Positions 20,942 to 29,943 of a stretch of 64,000 nt of DNA are shown here, one piece after another. The translations under genes and the position numbers were made by a program. The notes under the pieces are model-generated. The model searched no databases. It saw only the letters and a list, made by a program, of their open reading frames with translations, and was not told the origin of the DNA. Origin of the DNA: Deltaproteobacteria bacterium. Its GTDB lineage: Bacteria > Desulfobacterota > Binatia > DP-6. The stretch lies in assembly GCA_005879585.1 (NCBI GenBank), contig VBKG01000326.1:1205-65204 (forward strand), given 5' to 3'. Positions within the stretch are counted from its first letter, which is position 1; each line of letters begins with the position of its first letter.

Positions 20942-21631
20942 TTAGTCGGGAACCGCGGCGGCTTCGACTTGGCGCGACGGGCGGAGCCGGCGGGCGGCCG
21001 GGACGGCCTTGGCGTTGCGCGCGACGACGATGGTGAAGAGCGAGCGCTGGCCCGTCTTCCACTGGCGCTCGACGTGGAGGGCGGTACGGTCGACGACGTC
21101 GCCGAGGCGGAGCGTCGTCCAGCCGAGCCAGCGGGTCAGCGGGTCGATGGCGCGCATGAGGCGCGCGAGGGTCGGGTTCGCGCTCCGGAAGTGGTTGATG
21201 ATGGTGATGACGCCCCCCGGCCGGCATACGCGCCGCGCCTCCACCATCATGCGATGCGGGTCCGGGACGACGCTGACCACGTGAAAGGCCATCACGTAGT
21301 CGAAGCTGTCGTCGTCGAAGCGCAGGTTGAGCGCGTCGCCTTGCTCGAGGGCGACGTGGCGCCATCCGTTGCGGTTCACCTTGTCCTGCGCGCGCTCGAG
21401 CATGTCGGGCGCGAGATCGATGCCCGTCACGTGGCAATGGCGCGGGTACGCGTCGAGTGACAGCCCCGTACCGACACCGAGCTCGAGGACACGAGCGCCT
21501 GGCTCGATCGCGAGCGAGCGGATCACCGTGGCGATGCGGGGATAGAAGACGTGACGGAACAGAAGGTCGTAGAGGTGGGAAAACTCGTAGTACAGCCGGC
21601 TCTCGTGCGGCTGCGCGTTTGCGAGTGCCAT
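20942..21631 (-). CDS. Class I SAM-dependent methyltransferase (PmtA/UbiE-like)
   Basis: Motif I VLELGVGTG, Methyltransf_11-like. The N-terminus YYEFSHLYDLLF resembles phospholipid N-methyltransferases. Confidence 0.75.
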   Translation of the reverse strand: MALANAQPHESRLYYEFSHLYDLLFRHVFYPRIATVIRSLAIEPGARVLELGVGTGLSLDAYPRHCHVTGIDLAPDMLERAQDKVNRNGWRHVALEQGDALNLRFDDDSFDYVMAFHVVSVVPDPHRMMVEARRVCRPGGVITIINHFRSANPTLARLMRAIDPLTRWLGWTTLRLGDVVDRTALHVERQWKTGQRSLFTIVVARNAKAVPAARRLRPSRQVEAAAVPD

Positions 21632-21712
21632 GCGCCTCCCTATGTCGTCAGCGGGGCTCCGGGACCCCGGGCTGTCAGTCCTGCCGGCCGCCGCTGCGCA
21701 CAGCCGGGCGGG

Positions 21713-21904
21713 TCATGCCGCCGTGGTGCCTCGCAGCTGTCGTTTGAAGGAGGTGATGTCCCGCTTCCGAAACCGCCACTGACGGCCGCGCTTGAAGGCC
21801 GGCAGCACGCTCTTGCGAGCGAGCTCGTTCACCGTGTCAGGGCTGCAGTCGAGAATCTCCGCCACCTCTTTGCTGTTCAGGAGGACGTCGTCCTTCTCGA
21901 GCAT
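21713..21904 (-). CDS. Excisionase-family helix-turn-helix DNA-binding protein (MerR superfamily)
   Basis: 63 aa: LLNSKEVAEILDCSPDTVNELARKSVLPAFKRGRQWRF is a typical HTH_17 excisionase-family domain. Confidence 0.65.
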   Translation of the reverse strand: MLEKDDVLLNSKEVAEILDCSPDTVNELARKSVLPAFKRGRQWRFRKRDITSFKRQLRGTTAA

Positions 21905-22003
21905 GTTCCGACACGGTCGTCCGCAACACCGGGACGCTGTTTTGGTAGCAGGGCCGTGCCAGGTGCGTCAAGGAACCCGAAATTACGCTGCTTTTTCGGG
22001 CAG

Positions 22004-22996
22004 TTATGCGCCGCGTCCACCGCGTGTACCCTTGCGGCCTTCGAGGTAGAGCACGATCGGGCTGGCGACGTAGATTGACGAGTAGGTGCCGACGATGAAG
22101 CCGACGAGCAGCGCAAAAGCGAAGCTGTGGATCACGGTTCCGCCCAGTACGAACAGCGCCGCGGTCACGAGAATGGCTGTGCCGCTGGTGATCAGCGTGC
22201 GCGACAGCGTCTCGTTGATGGACAGATTCATGATCGTCGCGAGGGTCTCCCGCCGCATCTTCCGCATGTTCTCGCGGATCCGGTCCGAGACGATGACGGT
22301 GTCGTGCACCGAGTAGCCGACGACCGTGAGCAGGGCGGCGACCGTCGTGAGGTCGAACTCCATGTTGGCGATCGACAGCGCGCCGAGCGTGATCAGCACG
22401 TCGTGCACCAGCGCGACGGCGGCGCCGATACCGAAGCGGATCTCGAAGCGCAGCGCGATGTACGTCGCCATGACGAGCGTCGCGGCGAGGACCGCGAGCG
22501 TCGCATCCCGCCAGAGATCCTTCCCGACCTTGGGTCCAACCGTCTCGACGCGTAGCACGTCGTAGGTGCCCTCGCCGAACTTCTCCCGCAGGCCGGCCTT
22601 GATGGCATCGGCGACGCCGCTGCTGCCGCCCTCCGGTGCGCCGAGGACCCGGATCTGGAACTCCTTCCCGCCCTGGCCGACGTCCTGCACGACGACCTCG
22701 CGCAGCTCGGGCCGCGACAACGCCGCGCGCATGTCGGCGATCGGCGTCGCGGCGGCAAACCGGACGTGCACCATGGTGCCGCCGGCGAAGTCGATGCCGT
22801 AGTTGAGACCGCCATGCAGGTAGATCGACACGAGACCGATCAAGATGAGCGTCCACGAGGCGATCAGCATCTTGAACCGCAGGCCGACGAAGTCGATCCT
22901 CAGCCCGGGCGGGATCAGCTCGAAGAAGCGGTGCTCGACGGTGGGCGCGTTGTCCGTGCGGGCCGTCGGTCGGGTCGCCATGGGTCCCCCCTTCAT
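22004..22996 (-). CDS. secF: Protein translocase subunit SecF
   Basis: SecF family membrane protein; 4-nt ATGA overlap with secD. Confidence 0.9.
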   Translation of the reverse strand: MKGGPMATRPTARTDNAPTVEHRFFELIPPGLRIDFVGLRFKMLIASWTLILIGLVSIYLHGGLNYGIDFAGGTMVHVRFAAATPIADMRAALSRPELREVVVQDVGQGGKEFQIRVLGAPEGGSSGVADAIKAGLREKFGEGTYDVLRVETVGPKVGKDLWRDATLAVLAATLVMATYIALRFEIRFGIGAAVALVHDVLITLGALSIANMEFDLTTVAALLTVVGYSVHDTVIVSDRIRENMRKMRRETLATIMNLSINETLSRTLITSGTAILVTAALFVLGGTVIHSFAFALLVGFIVGTYSSIYVASPIVLYLEGRKGTRGGRGA

Positions 22997-24555
22997 ACGC
23001 TCACCGTCGTCAGCCGGCGCCGGGACACGAGCACATCGTACACCACGCGGGTGCCGAAGACGCCTGTCAGGAGGCTCGTCAGGATGCCGAGGCAGAGCGT
23101 CACGGCGAACCCGCGGACCGGGCCCGTTCCGAACTGGAACAGGATCAGGCCAGAGCAGAACGTCGTGACGTTCGAGTCGCGGATCGCGTACCAGGCGCGT
23201 TCGAAGCCGTTGTCGATCGCGGCCCGCGGCGTCTTGCCGAGGCGCAGCTCCTCGCGGATGCGCTCGAGGATCAGCACGTTGGCGTCGACCGCCATCCCGA
23301 TGGTGAGGACGATGCCGGCGATCCCGGGCAGCGACAGCGTGAACCCGAAGGCGGCGAACGCGCCGACCAGGAAGAGGATGTTCAGGAGGAGCGCCGCGTC
23401 GGCGATCACGCCGCCGCCCCGGTAGTACACCAGCATGAACGCGATCACGAGCGCGCTGCCGACCACGAACGAGAGGACGCCCTTGCGGATCGAATCCTGG
23501 CCGAGCGACGGGCCGACCGTCCGCTCCTCGATCAGCTTCAGCGGCGCGGGCAGCGCGCCGTTGCGCAGCACGTTCGCCAGGTCCTGCGCCTCGGCGAAGT
23601 CGAACCGGCCCGTGATCTGGCCGCGGCCGGCGGTGATCGGCTCGCGAATCGTCGGGGCGGACTCCACGTAGTTGTCGAGCACGATGGCGAGGTTGCGACC
23701 CACGTTGGCGTTCGTCCCGTCGGCGAAGAGCTTCGTGCCGCGGGCGTCGAGCGAGAAGTCGACCGCCATGCCCTCCGTCGCGGTACCGGGCCGAACGCTC
23801 GCGTCGGTGATGACGTCGCCCGTCATGAGCGTCCGCCGCTCGACGAGATACGCCCGCCGCCCGCCGGCGTCGCCCTTCCCGTTGAGCACCTGCACGCCGG
23901 GCCCCGGGTGCTCCACGGTGCCCGCCTGCGGGCCCGTCGCGAGGAGCTTGAACTCGAGGAGCGCCGTCTTGCCGATCAGATCCTTCGCGCGCTGCGGATC
24001 CTGGATGCCCGGGAGCTGGACGACGATCTCGTCCGCGCCCTGCGCCTGCACGGTGGGCTCGGACACGCCGAACTGGTCGATCCGGTTCCGGATGATCTTC
24101 AGCGCCTGATCGACGACGTTGTCGCGGATGCGCTGCGCATCGCGCTGCTCGAGGGTGAGCGTCAGGTCGGCATCGGCATCCTGGCTCGGCACCGTGACGA
24201 GTGTCGGGAAGCGCTCCTTCACGAGGTCGACGACCTGCTGGCGCTTCTCCTTGTTGGCGAGACGGAGGCGCACCGTTTTCCCCTCGCGCTCGACCGTGAC
24301 GGCGCCGATCTGGGCGTCCCGCAGCTCCCGCTCAAGGTCCTGGGCATGCCGGTCGACGGTGTTGTTGATCGCCTGCTCGATCTCGACCCCGTAGAGCAAG
24401 TGGGTGCCGCCCTGGAGGTCCAGACCGAGACGCACCGGCTGGTGCCACGGCCAGAACACGGGCGCCGGGCGGAGGAACGTCGGCACGAGGAACACGACCG
24501 CCGCTGCCGCCAGCACGACGAACAGCAGCACGCGGTAGAGAACGGTTCGGCTCAC
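22993..24555 (-). CDS. secD: Protein translocase subunit SecD
   Basis: SecD family (LGLDLQGGTHLLY, periplasmic domain, C-terminal TM bundle). Confidence 0.9.
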   Translation of the reverse strand: MSRTVLYRVLLFVVLAAAAVVFLVPTFLRPAPVFWPWHQPVRLGLDLQGGTHLLYGVEIEQAINNTVDRHAQDLERELRDAQIGAVTVEREGKTVRLRLANKEKRQQVVDLVKERFPTLVTVPSQDADADLTLTLEQRDAQRIRDNVVDQALKIIRNRIDQFGVSEPTVQAQGADEIVVQLPGIQDPQRAKDLIGKTALLEFKLLATGPQAGTVEHPGPGVQVLNGKGDAGGRRAYLVERRTLMTGDVITDASVRPGTATEGMAVDFSLDARGTKLFADGTNANVGRNLAIVLDNYVESAPTIREPITAGRGQITGRFDFAEAQDLANVLRNGALPAPLKLIEERTVGPSLGQDSIRKGVLSFVVGSALVIAFMLVYYRGGGVIADAALLLNILFLVGAFAAFGFTLSLPGIAGIVLTIGMAVDANVLILERIREELRLGKTPRAAIDNGFERAWYAIRDSNVTTFCSGLILFQFGTGPVRGFAVTLCLGILTSLLTGVFGTRVVYDVLVSRRRLTTVSV

Positions 24556-24893
24556 GACTTCTGCCCCTCCTTGTCCCGGGCTTCCACCGCCGGGGCCTTC
24601 TGCTGCACGGTCTGGATCGCCGCGCGATCGACCTGGATGCGAACGTTGGGCGCGATCTCGAGCGTCACCATTTTGTCGGCGAGCGCTGCCACGCGCCCGT
24701 GCATGCCGCAGCTCAGGACCACCTGGTCGTTCCGCTTGAGGTTCGCGGCCAGCGCCTCCTGGTCGCGGCGACGCTTCTGCTCCGGACGGATGAGCAGGAA
24801 GTAGAAGATGCTGAAGAGCAGGACGAGAAAGCCGACGTTGAGATAGGCGGGCGGCCCGCCCCCCTCCCCCGTCTGGCCGAACCCCGTCCCCAC
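24552..24893 (-). CDS. yajC: Preprotein translocase subunit YajC
   Basis: 113 aa, single TM followed by the YajC motif (IRPEQKRRRDQEA...VVLSCGMHGRV). Confidence 0.85.
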   Translation of the reverse strand: MGTGFGQTGEGGGPPAYLNVGFLVLLFSIFYFLLIRPEQKRRRDQEALAANLKRNDQVVLSCGMHGRVAALADKMVTLEIAPNVRIQVDRAAIQTVQQKAPAVEARDKEGQKS

Positions 24894-24894
24894 G

Positions 24895-26004
24895 TCAGGC
24901 CCACGCCCCGCACGCCACGGCGGCGCGGCTCGGGAAGGTACCCTCCCGCAGCGCCGCCCGGAACTCGCGCATGAGACGCAGGTAGAAATGGAGGTTGTGC
25001 AGCGTCGACAGCACGGCGCCGAGCATCTCCCCCGCCAGCATCAGGTGGCGCAGCGCACCACGGCTGAAGCGCGCGCAGGTGTAGCACCCACACCCTTCCT
25101 CCACCGGCCGTGCATCCCGCGCGTGACGGGCGTTGCGGATCACGAGCTTGCCGTCCCGCGTGAAGAGCATTCCGTTGCGCGCATTGCGCGTCGGCAAGAC
25201 ACAATCGAACAAGTCATATCCCATGGCCACGAAGCGAAGCAAATCGCCGGGCGTGCCGACGCCCATCAGGTAGCGCGGCCGTGCGCGGGGCAGCGGCCCG
25301 ACCGCTGCGGCGGCGACGCGCGTCGTCTCGAGCACCGGCTCGCCCACCGAGAGCCCGCCGACGGCGTAGCCGTCGAACGGGAGCGCCGTCAGCCCGGCCG
25401 CGCTCTCGGCGCGCAATTCCGCGTCGAACCCGCCCTGCACGATGCCGAAGACCGCCGTCGCCCCGCGGGTGCGCGCCGCGAGGCCGCGGGCGGCCCACGC
25501 GGTCGTGCGGGCCACCGCGCGCGCCACGCGCTCACGCGGCGTCCCGCTCGCCACGCACTCGTCGAGCGACATGGCGACGTCGACGCCGAGGGCTTCCTGC
25601 GCCCGGATTGCATCCTCGGGGCGGAACAGTCCCGCGTGGCCGTCGACGTGCGACCGGTAGTGCACGCCCTCGTCCTCCACCCGCACGAGCTCGGCGAGGC
25701 TCATCAGCTGGTAGCCGCCGCTGTCGGTGAGGATGGGACGGTGCCAGCCCATGAGCGCGTGCAGTCCGCCGAGCGCCGCCACGGTGTCGACCCCGGGACG
25801 CTGCGCGAGGTGATACGCGTTGGCGAGCACGATGTCCGCGCCGACCTCGTCGAGCTGTCGGGGTGTCAGGCCCTTCACCGAGCCGAGCGTTCCGACCGGC
25901 ATGAACGCCGGCGTCTCGACGGCGCCGTGCGGCGTCACCAGGCGTCCGAGCCGCGCCCCGGACGGATCCTCGCGCAGCACCTCGAAGGCGAAGCGGTCAC
26001 TCAC
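24895..26004 (-). CDS. tgt: Queuine tRNA-ribosyltransferase
   Basis: Tgt motifs (LTDSGGYQ, GGLSVGE, Zn site CGCYTC). GTG 26004 overlaps the queA stop. The upstream 670 aa of the track ORF are an artefact. Confidence 0.9.
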   Translation of the reverse strand: MSDRFAFEVLREDPSGARLGRLVTPHGAVETPAFMPVGTLGSVKGLTPRQLDEVGADIVLANAYHLAQRPGVDTVAALGGLHALMGWHRPILTDSGGYQLMSLAELVRVEDEGVHYRSHVDGHAGLFRPEDAIRAQEALGVDVAMSLDECVASGTPRERVARAVARTTAWAARGLAARTRGATAVFGIVQGGFDAELRAESAAGLTALPFDGYAVGGLSVGEPVLETTRVAAAAVGPLPRARPRYLMGVGTPGDLLRFVAMGYDLFDCVLPTRNARNGMLFTRDGKLVIRNARHARDARPVEEGCGCYTCARFSRGALRHLMLAGEMLGAVLSTLHNLHFYLRLMREFRAALREGTFPSRAAVACGAWA

Positions 26005-27026
26005 GTGATCAGCATCGCGTCGCCGAAGCTGTAGAACCGGTACCCGCGACGGACGGCGTCCTCGTAGGCGGTGCGGATATGGTCCCATCCCGCCAGTGCC
26101 GCGACGAGTGCCAGGAGCGTCGAGCGCGGCAGGTGGAAGTTCGTGAGCAGGACGTCGACCATGCGGAAGCGATGGCCCGGCCGGATGAAGAGACGGGCCT
26201 CGCCCGGGCCGGCGCGGAGCCTGCCGTCCCCGCCGGCCGCTTCGAGCGCACGCACCGTCGTCGTGCCGACGGCGACGATGCGGCGCCCCGCGGCGCGCGC
26301 CTCGTTGACCCGCCCGGCGGTCTCGGGCGGCACGACATAGCGCTCGGGTGCCATGACGTGCGCCGCGAGCGTGTCCGTGCGGATCGGCTGGAACGTGCCC
26401 GGCCCGACGTGGAGCGTGAGCGTTCGCATCTCGACGCCCGCCGAGGCGAGCGTGGCGAGCAATGCCGGCGTGAAATGCAGTCCCGCCGTCGGCGCCGCGA
26501 CGGCGCCCGGCGCCGCGGCATAGACGGTCTGGTACCGCTCGCGATCGCTGGCCGTCGGTCCGCCCGGCCGTGCGACGTACGGCGGCAGCGGGACCTCGCC
26601 GACGCGCTCGAGCCAGGCGAGCACCGGTCCGTCGACGACGAGCTTGAGGCGCCAGGTCCCGTCGCGCAGCGGGACGACCCACTCGCCGGCTCCCTCGGCG
26701 AGGTGAACCCGCTCCCCGGGACGCGGGGTCCCGCGCACCAGGACCTCCCACTCGCCGTCGGCGTCTTCGAGCGGCCGCACGAGGAGCAGCTCGAGCCGGC
26801 CGCCGCTCGGACGCCGGCCGTAGACCCGCGCGGGAATCACCCGCGTGTCGTTCAGCACGAGGAGATCGCCGGCGCGGAGCAGCTCCGGAAGCTCGCCGAT
26901 GGCGCCATGCCGGCGGGTGCCCGTGACGCGATCGAGCACGAGCAGCCGGGCATCGCTGCGCTCCGCGGGCGGCTCCTGCGCCACCAGCTCGGGCGGCAGC
27001 GCGTAGTCGAGGTCGGCCAGGCGCAT
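26001..27026 (-). CDS. queA: S-adenosylmethionine:tRNA ribosyltransferase-isomerase
   Basis: QueA family (MRLADLDYALPPELVAQEP...GLHFTP...VGTTTVRALE). Confidence 0.9.
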   Translation of the reverse strand: MRLADLDYALPPELVAQEPPAERSDARLLVLDRVTGTRRHGAIGELPELLRAGDLLVLNDTRVIPARVYGRRPSGGRLELLLVRPLEDADGEWEVLVRGTPRPGERVHLAEGAGEWVVPLRDGTWRLKLVVDGPVLAWLERVGEVPLPPYVARPGGPTASDRERYQTVYAAAPGAVAAPTAGLHFTPALLATLASAGVEMRTLTLHVGPGTFQPIRTDTLAAHVMAPERYVVPPETAGRVNEARAAGRRIVAVGTTTVRALEAAGGDGRLRAGPGEARLFIRPGHRFRMVDVLLTNFHLPRSTLLALVAALAGWDHIRTAYEDAVRRGYRFYSFGDAMLIT

Positions 27027-27135
27027 CCGAAGGCCAGCGGCGACTCGCCGGCCGGCATTGCGGGCTACGCCGATCGCTTCCGGCAGTCAACCGACCCGTG
27101 ACGCCTCCGTCCGTTCCGGTGTATGGAGCCGAGCC

Positions 27136-28140
27136 ATGGCCACCGCACTGCGACTCTTCGGCTCGGAGCTCTCTCCCTACTCGGTGAAGGTGCGCTCGTA
27201 CCTCCGCTACAAGAAGATCCCGCACACCTGGGTGGTGCGTGACTCGAGCACCCTCGAAGAGTTCCAGCGCCATGCCCGTCTGCCGTTGATCCCGCTCGTG
27301 CTCGCGCCGGACGGCACCGCGATGCAGGACTCCACCCCGATCATCGAAGCGCTCGAAGCGCGCCATCCGGAGCCGTCGATCCATCCGCCGGATCCGACGC
27401 TCGCGTTCCTGTCGGCGCTCATCGAGGAGTATGCCGACGAATGGGGCAACAAGCCGATGTTTCATTTCCGCTGGTTCTACGAGCCCGACCAGATATCCTG
27501 CGCCGAGCGGATCGCGCGCGAGACGATGCCGGGCGCCGACGACGAGACGGTGCGGGGTGCGACCGAGATGATCCGGCAGCGCATGGTGCCGCGGCTCCGT
27601 TTCGTCGGGTCGTCGGAGCGGACGAAGGATGTCATCGAGGGCTCGTTCGAACGACAGCTCGCGATCCTCGAGGCACATCTTGCACGCCGCCCGTTCCTCT
27701 TCGGCGAGCGTCCCGCGCTCGCGGACTTCGGCCTGTTCGCGCAGCTCTATCAGTGCTCGACGGACCCCACGCCGGTGGCCGTCATGCGCCGTCGCGCGCC
27801 CACCGTGCTCGCGTGGATCGCGCGCATGCTGGAGCCCCGTGCCGACGGCGCCTTCGAGCGCTGGGAGCAGCTCGAGCCGACGCTCACCCCCCTTCTGCGC
27901 GACGAGATGGCGGCGGTCTTTTTCCCGTGGACGCTCGCGAACGCGCGTGCGGTCGCCGCCGGAGAGAAGGAGTTCAGCGTCGAGATCGGCGGCCGGCCGT
28001 TCTCGCAGGAGACGCAGCGCTACCACGCGAAGTCGCTCGGCGCGCTCCGCAGCCGCTACGCGGCCGTCGCCGACCGCTCGGTGCTGGATCGGATCCTGCG
28101 CGCGACGGGGTGCGCCGAGGCGCTGCAGCAGGCGTCCTGA
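27136..28140 (+). CDS. Glutathione S-transferase family protein
   Basis: N-terminal thioredoxin-like GST domain (LFGSELSPYSVKVRSYL...IP) and C-terminal helical domain. ATG 27136. Confidence 0.7.
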   Translation: MATALRLFGSELSPYSVKVRSYLRYKKIPHTWVVRDSSTLEEFQRHARLPLIPLVLAPDGTAMQDSTPIIEALEARHPEPSIHPPDPTLAFLSALIEEYADEWGNKPMFHFRWFYEPDQISCAERIARETMPGADDETVRGATEMIRQRMVPRLRFVGSSERTKDVIEGSFERQLAILEAHLARRPFLFGERPALADFGLFAQLYQCSTDPTPVAVMRRRAPTVLAWIARMLEPRADGAFERWEQLEPTLTPLLRDEMAAVFFPWTLANARAVAAGEKEFSVEIGGRPFSQETQRYHAKSLGALRSRYAAVADRSVLDRILRATGCAEALQQAS

Positions 28141-28152
28141 TCCTGCGCCGCC

Positions 28153-29943
28153 TCAGCGGCGACAGACCTGGCGGGTACCGTCGAGGCGCAGCAGCGCGAT
28201 CCCGAAACGCGCACCGTGGAACGGCGTCGCGCCGAACGTCGCTACCTCGCGATAGTTCCGCCGTACCCACCGGTAGAGGTCGCGTCCGTAGTCGCGACCG
28301 AAGAAGCGGGCGCCGTATTCGCCGGTGTCCTTGTGAACCAGCGCCACGTAGTCGGGCGGTGCGGCGTCGAGCGCCGCGAGCATGCGGGGCTCGCCGTAGA
28401 AGGCCAGCTCGGGCGGCATGAAGTTGGTGTACGGCGTCGGATTCGGGCGGCGACTGAGGAAGTTCAGCATCACGCCTTCGGGCAGCACGGCGAGGCTCCG
28501 CCCGACGTCGACGTCGCGCCCCATCATCTCGAGCGCGGCAGCGGCCATCGGGCCGCGCGCGTCCGCGAGGAGGCTGTCGGCCCCGCCGCCCACGGGATGC
28601 GTCTTGACCGCGAACCGTCGGGCGCTCACCTCGACGTGGGTCAGAACCGCGATCCCGACGGCCGCCGCCGCGACGGCCCGAAACAGCGCGCCACATCCGC
28701 CCGCGGCGGTGATCGCCGCCGGCACCCAGGCGAGGAGCGCCACGACGACGAGCAGCGTCGCCGGGAGCGCGAGCACGAAACCGTAGTGGTACGCGTGCAC
28801 GTTGAAGAAGATCTTGGCGAGGAGCGCGAGGGCGAAGATGACGAGCGCCAGGACCGGCCCGCGCGGCGCCGCCGCGCCGAAGAGCCCCGTGCCCCACCCG
28901 ACCGCCACGGCGAACGTCAGGCACGGGAGCGCGCGCGGCGCCTCCAGCCAGAAGCGCGGCGGGCAGCAGGCGCCGAGGACGAGCGCCGCGCCGACGAAGC
29001 CGCCGAGCGCGATCGGCCATGGCCGCTGGACGCGGCGTACGGCGAGCGCGAGCGCCACCGCCGGCGCGAGGAGCGCGCCGTACCCGGCGAGCGACCAGGC
29101 CATTGCGCGGAGGCTCGCGCCCAGATCCTGCGTGCCCATGATGAGGCGGTAGAACGCGAGCGACGAGGCCTGGCCACCCATCACCCAAGGCCACGATCCG
29201 AGAGCTCCGCGGAGCGCGACGGCCGCGGGCATCGAGCGCGACAAGAGCGCGACCGCCAGTAGCGGCGGCACGACCGCGCCGCCGACGAAGGCGCCGACGA
29301 CGACCACGCGCCGGCGGCGCGTCGCGAGCCACACGGCGCACGCGGGGGCGGCGGCCACGAACGGCTCGGGCTTGGTCAGGAAAACGAGCCCGAGCGCCGC
29401 ACCGGCCACGGCCGCCGCCATCGGGTGCCCGGTGCCGTCGTGGCGCGCGAGGCATGCGAAGGCGACGAGCGCGAACAGGAGCCCATGAGTCATCTCGTGA
29501 CAGTACGGCGCGATGAAGTTGTAGTTGCCGACGGCCGTCACGTGTCCGAAGGCGAAGACGGCGACGAACGTGAGACCGGCGGCGGTCGCCGTGAACGCGT
29601 CGCTCACGGGCTCGAGGAGCCGGTGGAGCAGGACGATCACGATCCCGAGGATGCCGGCGTTGCACAGCACGAGCGTCCGCATGCTGATCCCGAAGAGGCG
29701 AAACCAGAGCGCGTTGAGGTACGGCGAGAGCGGCCCGTTCAGGTACGCGACGTCCGCATAGAGCACCCGGCCGCGGACGAGCTGCCACGGCACGTAGAGC
29801 TCGCGCCCGAAGTCGACGAGCGGATCGGCCCACCGACTCCAGGTGGCGGCGAGCATCGTAGCCGCGACGGCCGCCACCAGGAGCGGCCCGGCCCAGCGCC
29901 CCGCGGCCGTCGCGTCAGCCGGAGCCGGTGCCGGCGCGGACAT
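28153..29943 (-). CDS. Large polytopic membrane protein (about 12 or more TM), possibly glycosyltransferase-C-like; function unknown
   Basis: 596 aa, many hydrophobic helices, conserved ADP-x-[LD]-x-G..Y motif after TM1 and a soluble C-terminal domain. Overlaps the upstream paralogue by 29 nt. Confidence 0.55.
   Translation of the reverse strand: MSAPAPAPADATAAGRWAGPLLVAAVAATMLAATWSRWADPLVDFGRELYVPWQLVRGRVLYADVAYLNGPLSPYLNALWFRLFGISMRTLVLCNAGILGIVIVLLHRLLEPVSDAFTATAAGLTFVAVFAFGHVTAVGNYNFIAPYCHEMTHGLLFALVAFACLARHDGTGHPMAAAVAGAALGLVFLTKPEPFVAAAPACAVWLATRRRRVVVVGAFVGGAVVPPLLAVALLSRSMPAAVALRGALGSWPWVMGGQASSLAFYRLIMGTQDLGASLRAMAWSLAGYGALLAPAVALALAVRRVQRPWPIALGGFVGAALVLGACCPPRFWLEAPRALPCLTFAVAVGWGTGLFGAAAPRGPVLALVIFALALLAKIFFNVHAYHYGFVLALPATLLVVVALLAWVPAAITAAGGCGALFRAVAAAAVGIAVLTHVEVSARRFAVKTHPVGGGADSLLADARGPMAAAALEMMGRDVDVGRSLAVLPEGVMLNFLSRRPNPTPYTNFMPPELAFYGEPRMLAALDAAPPDYVALVHKDTGEYGARFFGRDYGRDLYRWVRRNYREVATFGATPFHGARFGIALLRLDGTRQVCRR

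Noticed and set aside
24895-28026. 1043-aa ORF in the tgt frame
   Set aside because: Only the last 369 aa (from GTG 26004) are Tgt. Upstream it runs out of frame across queA and the GST gene region with Arg-rich nonsense.
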